Shown: positions 1 to 8,957 of the stretch, piece after piece
How positions within the stretch are numbered: the first letter of the stretch is position 1
How the letters are laid out: each line of letters opens with the position of its first letter
NCBI GenBank assembly: GCA_046723645.1
Contig: JBKOUY010000044.1
Coordinates: 14,199 to 78,198, forward strand
DNA from: Actinomycetota bacterium
Lineage (GTDB): Bacteria > Actinomycetota > Acidimicrobiia > Acidimicrobiales > VFJN01
Length of the DNA stretch: 64,000 nt
Direction of reading: 5' to 3'
Program-made: the position numbers and the translations under genes
Notes under the pieces: model-generated
Told to the model about the DNA's origin: nothing
Database searches by the model: none
Seen by the model: only the letters and a program-made list of their open reading frames with translations

Positions 1-486
1 GCTGCGCTCGTCGCCCCCGGCGGAGGTCCCGAAGGCCACCAGGCGCCCGTCGAGGGAGGGTGCGTACCAGTCGAGTGAGGCGGTGGGGTCGCCCGTCAAC
101 TCGTGGGGGTCAAGCAGGGTCCGGGGCTCGACGTGGCCTTCGAGGCTGCGGACGACGAGCACAGCCTGTTCGTGGTCGCCCCAGCGGTCCAGCGAGAACA
201 GCCGGTGTCCCTTGATCGACGGTGCCGCGGCGGTGCCGGCCCCGAACAGCTCGGCGAACCGGTCAGCCAGGCCCGCACGTGCGGGCAGGGCGTCGAGGAC
301 GGCTCGGGTGTGGCCGTTCTGCTCCGCCACCCAGTCCTGGGTCTCGGCCGCGTCGCCGTCCTCCAGCCAGCGGTAGGGGTCGGCGACCCCGACGCCATGG
401 ATCACGTCAACGACGTCGTCGCGCCGCGCCCGGGGTGGGGCGGTGGCCGCCGCTGACCCGGACCGCTGGGGCTCCGGCGCGGCCAT
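1..486 (-). CDS. prolyl oligopeptidase (S9A family), N-terminal part; C-terminus lies beyond the window edge
   Basis: Manual minus-strand translation from ATG (484-486): MAAPEPQRSG...VADPYRWLEDGDAAETQDWVAEQNGHTRAVLDALP...SIKGHRLFSLDRWGDHEQAVLVV. The DPYRWLED...W...QN pattern is typical of prolyl endopeptidase N-termini. Absent from the ORF track because no stop lies in the window. Confidence 0.7.
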   Translation of the reverse strand, partial: MAAPEPQRSGSAAATAPPRARRDDVVDVIHGVGVADPYRWLEDGDAAETQDWVAEQNGHTRAVLDALPARAGLADRFAELFGAGTAAAPSIKGHRLFSLDRWGDHEQAVLVVRSLEGHVEPRTLLDPHELTGDPTASLDWYAPSLDGRLVAFGTSAGGDERS

Positions 487-507
487 CAGGACGAGAGGGT
501 GGCGGGC

Positions 508-594
508 TCAGCCGCGGCCGGTGTTGGGCTTGCGGCCGTGGTTGGCCTTCTTGCGGCGGGCCCGGATCTTGCGCTTGACCGTGCGCTTCGACAT
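508..594 (-). CDS. 28-aa highly basic peptide resembling actinobacterial ribosomal protein bL37
   Basis: Minus-strand ATG 592-594 to TGA 508-510 gives MSKRTVKRKIRARRKKANHGRKPNTGRG. The KANHG(K/R)(K/R)PN core matches my recollection of mycobacterial bL37. Too short for the ORF track. Confidence 0.5.
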   Translation of the reverse strand: MSKRTVKRKIRARRKKANHGRKPNTGRG

Positions 595-672
595 GGCCCG
601 GGAGGTTATCGGCGCCCGTGCCGGGGCGATCAACTCCCGGGCGGTCGCTCGTGGATCGTCGGCCGGGCCGGA

Positions 673-1335
673 CTAGTCCAGGAGCTCGCCCAGGTCGGCG
701 GCGTCGGGGATCACGGCGATCCGCAGCCCCGTCTGATCCGCCAGCCGCTCCAACACGTCGTCGTCGACGTCCTGGCAGCGCCCCCGGGGCCAGCGCTTGC
801 GCTCGCCCGCGGCGCCGAACAGCGCCAGCGCCCGGCTGCCACCGGGATCGTGCCGGACGCGGTAGCGCACGCCCTGGTACCCGGCGGCGGCGAAGGCGGC
901 CGCCCACCGCTGGGGCAGGTCGTACGGGGTGACCGTGGCCAGCTCAGCGGTCACCCCGAAGCCCCGGGCGGCCCTGACCGTGGTGTCGGCCGCGCTGCAC
1001 TGGTCGGGCAGTCCCAGCTGCCAGACGCTGAAGCGCTTGGCCCAATCCGCGCCGACGACCGCCACCGGTCCCAGCACCTCGAGGAGCGCACCCATCTCGT
1101 CGTCCGCCAGGTAGCAGGTGCCCCGCGGCGGGGCGAGGTCGAAGCGCCCGGCGCCATCGCTCGAGAACCACCAGGGCCCGAAGCCCACCGTGGTGACGCG
1201 GAACAGCGTGGTGCCGGCGTGCACGTGCCAGACCGGGAAACCCGCCAGGTCGTCGGCGGCAGGCGGGAGCCGGAGGGCGAGGGCCTGGCGGGTGCTGACG
1301 GGGTGTTTGGCGTCTGCGGGCGCGTCTGGGGTCAC
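673..1335 (-). CDS. RES-domain toxin (NAD+-targeting RES family) of an Xre-RES toxin-antitoxin pair
   Basis: 220 aa. GRFDLAPPRGTCYLADDEMGALLEVLGP resembles the conserved RES core (GRF..., Y/LA, ALLE), and GVRYRVRHDPGGSRALALFG matches the C-terminal block. Lies 34 nt downstream of an Xre/DUF2384-like gene. Confidence 0.75.
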   Translation of the reverse strand: MTPDAPADAKHPVSTRQALALRLPPAADDLAGFPVWHVHAGTTLFRVTTVGFGPWWFSSDGAGRFDLAPPRGTCYLADDEMGALLEVLGPVAVVGADWAKRFSVWQLGLPDQCSAADTTVRAARGFGVTAELATVTPYDLPQRWAAAFAAAGYQGVRYRVRHDPGGSRALALFGAAGERKRWPRGRCQDVDDDVLERLADQTGLRIAVIPDAADLGELLD

Positions 1336-1369
1336 GATCGAAGTGGCGGGATTCCGGCTGGCGACGACA

Positions 1370-1942
1370 CTACGACGCCGTCACGCCCCCGATTGCCCAC
1401 CGCCTGGCGCGCTCGTCGGCCAGCGCCAGGACCGGGTCCAGGCCGCCCCCGGCTCGCAGGTGCTCGACGATCGAGCGGTCGTCGAGGCCGGGCTGGGGCG
1501 CAGCGACGAACGCCGCGACCATCCACTCGTCGTCGGCGGTTCGGGGCTGGAAGCGGTCGAGCACCTGGGGCAGGCCCCGCACAACCCGGTTGCGCTCGTC
1601 GAGCTGGAATGCCGGATAGACCCACACCCCGTCGGCCGTGCGGAGCGCCAGGATCGTCCGGCGCCGCCGGCGTTCCTCGATGGCCTGACGGCTGACGCCG
1701 CCCAGGACGCGGGCGAGGCCGGTGGTGCTGTAGAACGGCCCCAGGTCGCGCCAGGGCGAAGGCGCCGGGACGGCCGCCAGCATGCGGGCCGCCAGCTCAT
1801 CGGGGTCACCCAGGTCCGCCGCCTTGTGGCCGTTGCGGCGGAGCGTGTCGACCCTGCGCGCCAGCTCCTCGCTCACCCGCGACGAGACCCGGTGAACGTA
1901 CGCGGCGTCGGTCTTGGTAACTGCCGTGGTGCGCGCCTTCAT
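1370..1942 (-). CDS. Xre/MbcA/ParS-like antitoxin (HTH plus DUF2384-like C-terminal domain)
   Basis: 190 aa. GLARVLGGVSRQAIEERRRRRTILALR is HTH-like. The C-terminal LDDRSIVEHLRAGGGLDPVLALADERARRW resembles the RES-neutralising antitoxin domain. It sits immediately upstream of the RES gene. Confidence 0.65.
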   Translation of the reverse strand: MKARTTAVTKTDAAYVHRVSSRVSEELARRVDTLRRNGHKAADLGDPDELAARMLAAVPAPSPWRDLGPFYSTTGLARVLGGVSRQAIEERRRRRTILALRTADGVWVYPAFQLDERNRVVRGLPQVLDRFQPRTADDEWMVAAFVAAPQPGLDDRSIVEHLRAGGGLDPVLALADERARRWAIGGVTAS

Positions 1943-2008
1943 GGGACCCAGGATAGGGGTGCAAGGCCGTCAAGGCAAGGTCGTCAAGGCTTAGGCGGAG
2001 GGCGTCGC

Positions 2009-2119
2009 GCGTTCCTGGCGCAGGAATGGTTGGCCAGCAACCACTTTGGCGCCAGGAACGAGCTGGCGGCAGCCTTTGGTGCGAGGAACGAACCGGGGGC
2101 CGCGGTTCGGCGCCAGAAC
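2009..2119. repeat. array of four copies of a GGCGCCAGGAACG-like 12-mer (one inverted, two direct, one degenerate) plus small hairpins
   Basis: cgttcctggcgc (2009-2020, inverted), ggcgccaggaacg (2048-2060), ggtgcgaggaacg (2078-2090), ggcgccagaac (2109-2119). Hairpins tggttg-gccag-caacca and cgaacc-gggggccgc-ggttcg lie between the copies. Confidence 0.5.
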
Positions 2120-2142
2120 TGCCGGGAGGAGGGCCCCCGACC

Positions 2143-3171
2143 TCAGCCGGCGTGGCCGGCCGCCCATGCCACCAGGTGGTCGGCGGCCAGGGTGTTGACG
2201 ATCCGCTCGGGATCGATCCCCGCCCGGGCCGCCTTGTCGCAGCCGTAGGTCTGCCACTCCATCTGGCCCGGCGCGTGGGCGTCGGTGTCGACGGCGAAGC
2301 GGAGGCCCCAGTCGATCGCCAGGTCGAGCAGGTCGTCGGGGGGATCCTGACGCTCGGGCCGGCAGTTGATCTCCAGGGCAGTGTCGAACTGCTTGCAGGC
2401 GGCGAAGACCACGTCCGGATCGAACTGGGACGGCGGGCGGCCCCGCCCCACCAGCTTGCGCCCGGTGCAGTGGCCGAGGATGTCGACGTGCGGACTGGCG
2501 ATCGCCTGCACCATGCGGCGGGTCATCTCCCGGCCCTCCATCCGCAGCTTGGAGTGGACGCTCGCCACCACCACGTCGAGCCTGGCCAGCAGGTCGTCGC
2601 GCTGGTCGAGGGCGCCGTCCTCGAGGATGTCGACCTCGATGCCGGTGAGGATGCGGAACGGTGCCAGCCGCTCGTTGAGCTCGGTCACCTCGTCGAGCTG
2701 GGCGAGCAGGCGCTCGGCCGTCAGCCCGTGGGCGACGGTCAGGCGCGGCGAGTGGTCGGTCAGCACCATGTACTCATGGCCCAGCGCGATGGCCGTGCGG
2801 GCCATCTTCTCGGTCGGCGCGCCGCCGTCCGACCACGTCGAGTGCGTGTGGCAGTCGCCCCGTAGCGCGGCTCGCACCTCGGCGCCCTCGCCCACCGGGA
2901 GGACCGTCTCCTCCTCGAGGTGGGCGAGGTACCCGGGCACCCGGCCGTCGAGCGCCTCGGAGATCACCTTGGCCGTGGTCGGCCCCACACCCGGGAGATC
3001 GGTGAGCTTGCCGGCTGCGTGGAGCCGGCCGATCTCGTCGTCGCCGCGGTCGAGCACGACGGCGCGGGCGCGGGCGAACGCCCGCACCTTGGTGGACTCG
3101 GCCAGGGCCCGATCGAGCAGGTAGACGATGCGGTCGAGGGCGGTGGCCGGATGGATGATGGTCGCAGTCAC
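2143..3171 (-). CDS. PHP-domain phosphoesterase with N-terminal helix-hairpin-helix (PolX C-terminal-like)
   Basis: 342 aa. LTDLPGVGPTTAKVI (HhH), GDCHTHSTWSDG, MVLTDHS, GIEVDI, ASVH and DTDAH are the PHP metal-binding motifs. Confidence 0.8.
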   Translation of the reverse strand: MTATIIHPATALDRIVYLLDRALAESTKVRAFARARAVVLDRGDDEIGRLHAAGKLTDLPGVGPTTAKVISEALDGRVPGYLAHLEEETVLPVGEGAEVRAALRGDCHTHSTWSDGGAPTEKMARTAIALGHEYMVLTDHSPRLTVAHGLTAERLLAQLDEVTELNERLAPFRILTGIEVDILEDGALDQRDDLLARLDVVVASVHSKLRMEGREMTRRMVQAIASPHVDILGHCTGRKLVGRGRPPSQFDPDVVFAACKQFDTALEINCRPERQDPPDDLLDLAIDWGLRFAVDTDAHAPGQMEWQTYGCDKAARAGIDPERIVNTLAADHLVAWAAGHAG

Positions 3172-3284
3172 CGACGGCCCCGTCGCGTCACTCCCGGCTC
3201 ACTTCCGGTCGAGATCGTGCCCCCTCGCCCGGTCGGGCAGTGCGCATGTCCTCGCCCGCGCCCCTGACGACGATCTCCCGCTCC

Positions 3285-4400
3285 ATGCGGGGCACGCTAC
3301 CGCCGCCAGTAGCCTCCGGAGCGGTGGAACGGTTCGGGTTCGTCGGGCTCCCCAACGCCGGTAAGTCGTCGCTTTACAACGCCCTGGCCGGGGGCGGTGC
3401 CTTGGCCGCGCCGTACGCATTCGCCACGCGCGACCCCAACGTCGGCGTGGCCAAGGTGCTCGACCACCGCCTGGATGCGCTCGCCACCATGTCGGCCAGC
3501 CGCAACGTAGTGCCCGCGAGCGTCCAGTTCGTCGACATCGGTGGGCTCGTCGAGGGAGCCAGCAAGGGTGAGGGTCTGGGCAACCGCTTCCTGGCCAACA
3601 TCCGCGAGGTCGACGCCGTCGTCTACGTGCTGCGGGCGTTCAGCGACGACGAGATACCCGGACCCGACGACCCGCTCGAGCACCTGCGCGTCCTCGAGCT
3701 GGAGCTCACCCTCGCGGACCTCGAGTCGGTGGAGAACCAGATCGCCAAGCGCCGCAAGGCGGCCAGGGTCGACCGGGCGCTGGTCGAGGAGGTGGCTGCG
3801 CTCGACGCCGCCGAGGCGGCGCTGGCCGCGGGCACGCCCCTCTACCGCAGCGACCTCGATGCCGAGCAGCGGGCGCAGCTACGGCCCTACTTCCTCCTCA
3901 CCAACCGGCCTGTGCTGGCGGTGGTCAACATCGGGGAGGACCAACTCGCCGACGTCGCAGCAGTGGTCGCTCCCGTCGAGGCCGAGCTCGCGGGCCGGGC
4001 CGAGGTCCTGGGCATGTCCGTGCAGCTCGAGGCCGAGGCGGCGCAGCTCGATCTCGAGGAGCGGGGCGAGATGCTCGAGGCGCTCGGGCTGGGGGAGGGG
4101 GCGCTGCCGCGGTTCGTCCACGCCGCCTACCACCTGCTCGGCCTGCGCACCTTCTTCACCACCGGCGAGAAGGAGAGCCGGGCGTGGACGTTCCGGGCGG
4201 GCTGGAAGGCACCGCAGTGCGCCGGCGTCATCCACACGGACTTCGAGAAGGGCTTCATCCGGGCCGAGGTGATCCACTGGGACGAGCTCGTGGGCATCGG
4301 CTCGTGGTCGAAGGCTCGCGAGGTCGGCAAGCTGCGGGTCGAGGGCAAGGACTACGAGGTCGCCGACGGCGACGTCGTCGAGATCCGCTTCAACGTGTAA
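3285..4400 (+). CDS. ychF: redox-regulated ATPase YchF
   Basis: FGFVGLPNAGKSSLYNAL (P-loop), the coiled-coil insertion, and a C-terminal TGS-like VIHTDFEKGFIRAEV...GKDYEVADGDVVEIRFNV. The start is uncertain: ATG 3285, GTG 3324 or ATG 3240. Confidence 0.85.
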   Translation: MRGTLPPPVASGAVERFGFVGLPNAGKSSLYNALAGGGALAAPYAFATRDPNVGVAKVLDHRLDALATMSASRNVVPASVQFVDIGGLVEGASKGEGLGNRFLANIREVDAVVYVLRAFSDDEIPGPDDPLEHLRVLELELTLADLESVENQIAKRRKAARVDRALVEEVAALDAAEAALAAGTPLYRSDLDAEQRAQLRPYFLLTNRPVLAVVNIGEDQLADVAAVVAPVEAELAGRAEVLGMSVQLEAEAAQLDLEERGEMLEALGLGEGALPRFVHAAYHLLGLRTFFTTGEKESRAWTFRAGWKAPQCAGVIHTDFEKGFIRAEVIHWDELVGIGSWSKAREVGKLRVEGKDYEVADGDVVEIRFNV

Positions 4401-4513
4401 TCGGCGCGAGGGACCGTGGCCACCGAACCCGCCAGTGGTCTCGGTCGTAGCGCGCCCGCGCCCCCATGAAGTGACGGTCTGGGTCTCGTGGGCTCGGTGG
4501 GATCGGGGCGACG

Positions 4514-4903
4514 GTGCCAAGTACCAGCCCCATCGGGTGTTGGGCACCGGCGCGGCGGGGGCATGATGATTGCGTGGCATGGTTGCTTCGAGATGGCGAG
4601 GTGTTGGCCAGCCTCGAGCTGGCCGAGTCGCGCCAGGAACGCCGGCGAGGCCTGCTCGGGCGGGACGGCGTCGACGGCGCGCTGCTGATCCGTCCCGCCC
4701 GGTCGGTGCACACGCTGGGCATGCGGTTCCCCATTGACGTGGCGTTCTGCGACGCGGACCTCCGCGTCCTCCGCGTGGTGCGCATGCCGCGCTACCGCGT
4801 GTCGCGGGTCGTCTGGCGCGCCCGGGCCGTCATCGAGGCCGAGGCGGGATCGTTCGACCGCTGGACGCTGCGCCCGGGCGACGAGCTCGAGGTCAAGGGG
4901 TGA
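4514..4903 (+). CDS. DUF192-family protein
   Basis: GLLGR...LLIRPARSVHTLGMRFPIDVAFCDADLRVL...VIEAEAGSF is the typical DUF192 pattern. The true start is probably GTG 4574. Confidence 0.6.
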   Translation: MPSTSPIGCWAPARRGHDDCVAWLLRDGEVLASLELAESRQERRRGLLGRDGVDGALLIRPARSVHTLGMRFPIDVAFCDADLRVLRVVRMPRYRVSRVVWRARAVIEAEAGSFDRWTLRPGDELEVKG

Positions 4904-5769
4904 GCGACAGGGACCACACCGGGGGCGTGCTCGTGCTGGTGGGCACCCCGATCGGCAACCTGGGTGACCTCGCGCCCCGGGCCGTCGAGGCGTTGGGGTC
5001 GGCCGACGCGATCTGCTGCGAGGACACCCGCCGGACGGGGCGGCTCCTCCAGCACGCCGGCGTGGAGCGCCCGCCCCTGGTGGTGGTGAACGAGCACACC
5101 GAGGCCCGGGAGGTCGCGGGCGTGCTCGCCCGCCTCGCCTGCGGCCAGCGCGTGGCGGTCGTGTCGGACGCCGGCATGCCCGGCATCTCCGACCCGGGTG
5201 AGCGCCTGGTGCGCGCGGCCGTGGCCGCCGGGCACGGCGTCGAGGTGATCCCGGGCCCGGCGGCGGCCCTGGCCGCGCTGGTGACGAGCGGCCTGGCCAC
5301 GGGGCGCTTCGTGTTCGAGGGGTTCCTGCCCCGCAAGGGTGCGGCGCGGGCGGAGCGGCTCGCGGCGCTGGCGGGCGAGCCCCGAACGGTGGTGCTGTAC
5401 GAGGCGCCGCACCGGCTGGCCCGCACGATTGCCGACCTCGCCGACACGTGCGGCGGCGACCGCCGCGTCGCGGTCGCCCGCGAGCTCACCAAGCTGCACG
5501 AGGAGGTGTGGCGGGGCACCCTGGGCGACGCCCTGGAGTGGGTGCGCGCCGCCGCCCCCCGGGGCGAGGTCGTGCTGGTGCTCGACGGAGCGCCCGCCGC
5601 GGAGCCGCCGGGCGACGACGCGCTTGTCGACGCGCTCCGCGAGGAGCTGGGCGCAGGTGCGACCGCCCGCGACGCCGCCCGCACGGTGGCGACGCGGTTC
5701 GACGTGTCCCGCCGCCGCGTCTACGAGCTGGCGACGCGACTGGCGGCGGCCGGCACCGCCCGCGCCTAG
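4900..5769 (+). CDS. rsmI: 16S rRNA (cytidine1402-2'-O)-methyltransferase
   Basis: LVLVGTPIGNLGDLAPRAVEALGSADAICCEDTRRTGRLL, VSDAGMPGISDPG, LYEAPHR. GTGA overlap with the preceding gene. Confidence 0.9.
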   Translation: MSDRDHTGGVLVLVGTPIGNLGDLAPRAVEALGSADAICCEDTRRTGRLLQHAGVERPPLVVVNEHTEAREVAGVLARLACGQRVAVVSDAGMPGISDPGERLVRAAVAAGHGVEVIPGPAAALAALVTSGLATGRFVFEGFLPRKGAARAERLAALAGEPRTVVLYEAPHRLARTIADLADTCGGDRRVAVARELTKLHEEVWRGTLGDALEWVRAAAPRGEVVLVLDGAPAAEPPGDDALVDALREELGAGATARDAARTVATRFDVSRRRVYELATRLAAAGTARA

Positions 5770-6740
5770 CCGACCACGCTGAGGTGCTTGGCCGCGAGCT
5801 CGGGGGCGACGATGTCGATCATCACGCCCGTCCCCTGCTCGAACCCCGCCACGCTCGTCACGCGTGGGACCACGTGGACGTGCCAGTGGAACGGTCCCGA
5901 ATGGCGGTGCGGGGCGGTGTGGAACACGACGTTGTAGGCCACATCGCCGAGGCATCCCCGCAGCCGGGCGAGCGCCGTGCGCAGGGCCCGGCCGGTGGCG
6001 GCGACGTCGGCCGGCGCGGCGTCGGTGATGTGGACGTCATGGGTGCGCGGCAGCACCAGCATCTCGTACGGCGTGCCCGACCAGAACGGGCAGACCACCA
6101 TCACGCGCTCGTCGGCGTGGACGATCCGGTGGTCGGCCGCCTCCTCGGCCTCGAGGGTCGTGCACAGCAGGCACGATCCCTCGAACCTGCGGAATCCGGC
6201 CTCCTCCTCGGCGATCTCCCCCGGCACGAACGGGATCCCGAGGAGCTGGCCGTGGGGATGCACGAGGCTGGCGCCGGCCTCGCGCCCGTGGTTGACGATC
6301 ACCTGCGTGTAGCGGATCGAGGACCGGCGCGCGTGGTCCTCGAGCCGGTCGCGGATCGCCGCCATGGTCACGGCCGCCTGGGCGTCGTCGAAATCTGCCC
6401 AGCCCGAGCCGTGCTCGGGCGAGAACACCAGGATCTCGTGGATGCCGCTGCCGTCCGCCTGCGTGAACACTGGGCCCAGGTTGTGCACCTGAAGCGGCTC
6501 GTCGCCGTCGAATGCCGGATAGCGGTTGGGGACGACGCGCACCACCCACTGCCCCTGCTTGCCGTACGTCTCCAAGGCGGGGGGTGTGGCTTCCTCGTTG
6601 CCGGGGCAGAAGGGGCAGGGCCGGTCCGGATCGGCCTCCACGGGGAGGTGAGGTGAGATCAGGTCGCCGGGGCGCGCGGCCCGGTCGACGGCGATCACGA
6701 CCCAGCGCCCCGTCAGGGGGTTGAGGCGGAGCTGACTCAT
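5766..6740 (-). CDS. galT: galactose-1-phosphate uridylyltransferase (HIT superfamily)
   Basis: CPFCPGNEE zinc motif and SLVHPHGQL (HxHxQ). Start taken at the internal ATG (MSQLRLNPLTGRWVV) rather than the track start at 6803. Confidence 0.85.
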   Translation of the reverse strand: MSQLRLNPLTGRWVVIAVDRAARPGDLISPHLPVEADPDRPCPFCPGNEEATPPALETYGKQGQWVVRVVPNRYPAFDGDEPLQVHNLGPVFTQADGSGIHEILVFSPEHGSGWADFDDAQAAVTMAAIRDRLEDHARRSSIRYTQVIVNHGREAGASLVHPHGQLLGIPFVPGEIAEEEAGFRRFEGSCLLCTTLEAEEAADHRIVHADERVMVVCPFWSGTPYEMLVLPRTHDVHITDAAPADVAATGRALRTALARLRGCLGDVAYNVVFHTAPHRHSGPFHWHVHVVPRVTSVAGFEQGTGVMIDIVAPELAAKHLSVVG

Positions 6741-6810
6741 CTCAGTGGCATGTGGGGGAGACGCAGGCTGTCGTGGTGCGCTCGGCGTGGTGCACCGCGT
6801 CAACGTATCG

Positions 6811-7578
6811 CTAACCGCGAGGCGTCAGTGCGTACGTCGAGACGTGTGTGTGCGAGTCGCCCGTGAAGGGCTCGCCGCGCCACCCGGCGTGACGCTCGAT
6901 CAACCGCAGGCCCGCCCCGGACGCCACCGCGTCGAGCTCGTCGGGCGACAGGTAGCGCAGCATCCACGGGCGCAGCCGGATGCCCGCCTCGGTGATCTGC
7001 ACGTGCTGGCCCGTGATGGTGTGGCTGGCGGGATCCAGGCGGCTCACCGTCAGCACCACCTCGTCGACGCCGATGTGCCGGGGCTCGACGGCGCCGACCG
7101 CAACCTCGCCCGCATCGTCGAGCGACGCGACGAACGTCTCGATCACCACGCGGCCGCCGTCCGGGACGAGGCGGGCGGCGGCGTCGGCGAGGCAGCGCCG
7201 CTGGTCCTCGATCGTCGTGAGGTTGAACAGGGTGTTGAAGGCGCACAGCACGACGCCGAACCGGGCACGCGGCGACAGTGCCAGCGCGGCCATGTCCCCG
7301 ACCATGGCGTGGACGCGCTCGCCGCCCGGCTTGCCGCGCATCCGCCGGACCATGGCGAGCGATGCATCCACGGTCCACGTGGCGAGCCCACGGGCCACCA
7401 GCGGCACCGCCAAGCGCCCGCTGCCCCCGCCCAGCTCGAGGACCCGGTCGCTGCCGGCGGCGGCCGCGAGCGCCGCCACCCGCTCGACGGTGGCCTCGGC
7501 GTCGGACACGTCGCCGTACCAGTCGTCGTACACATCGGCGAAGCGGTCGCCGTACGTGCTGGGTCCGTAGCCGTCCAT
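6811..7578 (-). CDS. class I SAM-dependent methyltransferase
   Basis: YGDRFADVYDDWYG and VLELGGGSGRLAVPL (motif I). Start taken at MDGYGPSTY; the track start at 7677 would overlap the divergent desulfurase gene. Confidence 0.75.
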   Translation of the reverse strand: MDGYGPSTYGDRFADVYDDWYGDVSDAEATVERVAALAAAAGSDRVLELGGGSGRLAVPLVARGLATWTVDASLAMVRRMRGKPGGERVHAMVGDMAALALSPRARFGVVLCAFNTLFNLTTIEDQRRCLADAAARLVPDGGRVVIETFVASLDDAGEVAVGAVEPRHIGVDEVVLTVSRLDPASHTITGQHVQITEAGIRLRPWMLRYLSPDELDAVASGAGLRLIERHAGWRGEPFTGDSHTHVSTYALTPRG

Positions 7579-7655
7579 GGTGTCGTCCCGCGGCACATGA
7601 TGGCGTACCCGCCCCGGCGGGTGGGGTAGCGGTGGGAGGGTGCGAGACTGGTCCG

Positions 7656-8957
7656 GTGCCCGAGCCGCCGGCGCCACCCGACCGCGTCACCTACCTCGAC
7701 CACGCCGCCACCACGCCCCTGCGTCCGGCGGCGCGCGACGCAATGCTGCCCTGGCTGGGGGAGCGGTTCGGCAACCCCTCGGGCGATCACGGGGTCGCCC
7801 GGGCCGCCCGGCAGGCGGTCGACGAGGCCCGCGACGCCGTCGCCGCGGTCGTCGGCTGTCGCCCCGGCGACGTCGTGTTCACGAGCGGCGGCACCGAGGC
7901 CGACAACATGGCGGTGCGCGGCGTCCACGCCGCCCGGCCCGGACCGGTGCTGTGCAGCGCCATCGAGCACGACGCCGTGCGCAACCCGGTCAGTGCCGTC
8001 GGCGGGAACACCGTCGCGGTCGACTCCCGCGGCGTCCTCGACCTCGATGCGCTGGTCGCCGCCCTCACGCCCGACGTGACGCTGCTCGCCCTCATGGCGG
8101 CCAACAACGAGGTCGGCGTGGTCCAGCCGGTGGCGGAGGCCGCCGACCTCCTGCGCCGGCGCGCTCCCGCGGCCGCCATCCACACCGACGCCGTCCAGGC
8201 GGCCAGCTGGCTCGACCTGCGCACCGCCGTCGCCGGCGCCGACCTCGTCGCCATCAGCTCGCACAAGGTGGGAGGGCCGCAGGGCGTCGGCGCGCTGGTC
8301 GCCCGCCCCGGGACGCCGCTCCGACCCCTGATGCTGGGCGGCGGGCAGGAGCGCGAGCTGCGCAGCGGCACGCACAACGTCGCCGGGATCGTCGGCATGG
8401 CTGCGGCGCTGCAGGCCGCGGCGGACGAGCGGACCGTGGTCGCGGGCCGGGTGGCCGCCCTTCGCGATCGGCTGGCCGCCGGTCTCGTCGCCGCGATCCC
8501 GGGCGCCGTCCGGACGGGCGGGGCCGTGGGCGTGCCCCGGCTCCCCGGCACGCTCCACCTCTGCATCCCCGGCATCGAGAGCGAGGCGCTCCTGTTCCTC
8601 CTCGACGAGGCCGGCGTGTGCGCGTCCGCCGCCTCGGCGTGCGCCAGCGGCGCCCATCAGGCGTCGCACGTGCTCGCTGCCATGGGAATCGGGCCCGAGC
8701 TGGGCGCCGGCGCCCTGCGCCTGTCGTTGGGCTGGACGTCCACCGACGCGGACGTCGACCACGCCCTGCAGGTGATCCCCGCCGCGGTCGCCCAGCTCGG
8801 GGGTGCACCTGCACGGCGCGCAGAGCCGGCGGGCCTGGGCCCGAGCGGCCCGGCGCCGGAGGCGCCAAGAGCGGGGGGCAAGATCGTTTCTCTGTCGGCG
8901 GCGCAGCCGCCGACGACCAGCAGCCGTGATCTGTCCGCGGAGGCCCCAGAGCGATGA
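7656..8957 (+). CDS. iscS: cysteine desulfurase (NifS/IscS class) with a low-complexity C-terminal tail
   Basis: VTYLDHAATTP, FTSGGTEADN, SSHKVGGPQG (PLP lysine), ASSACASG (catalytic Cys). In-frame GTG at 7656. The upstream part of track ORF 7278..8957 is R/P-rich and non-protein-like. Confidence 0.85.
   Translation: MPEPPAPPDRVTYLDHAATTPLRPAARDAMLPWLGERFGNPSGDHGVARAARQAVDEARDAVAAVVGCRPGDVVFTSGGTEADNMAVRGVHAARPGPVLCSAIEHDAVRNPVSAVGGNTVAVDSRGVLDLDALVAALTPDVTLLALMAANNEVGVVQPVAEAADLLRRRAPAAAIHTDAVQAASWLDLRTAVAGADLVAISSHKVGGPQGVGALVARPGTPLRPLMLGGGQERELRSGTHNVAGIVGMAAALQAAADERTVVAGRVAALRDRLAAGLVAAIPGAVRTGGAVGVPRLPGTLHLCIPGIESEALLFLLDEAGVCASAASACASGAHQASHVLAAMGIGPELGAGALRLSLGWTSTDADVDHALQVIPAAVAQLGGAPARRAEPAGLGPSGPAPEAPRAGGKIVSLSAAQPPTTSSRDLSAEAPER

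Noticed and set aside
5766-5769. CTAG shared by the convergent stops of rsmI and galT, considered as another MITE end
   Set aside because: No flanking similarity to the TIR consensus. It is simply an overlapping TAG/CTA stop pair.
7278-7655. N-terminal 126-codon extension of the cysteine desulfurase ORF
   Set aside because: It is Arg/Pro-rich and non-protein-like. It overlaps the divergent methyltransferase gene. Homology to NifS/IscS begins right after the in-frame GTG at 7656.
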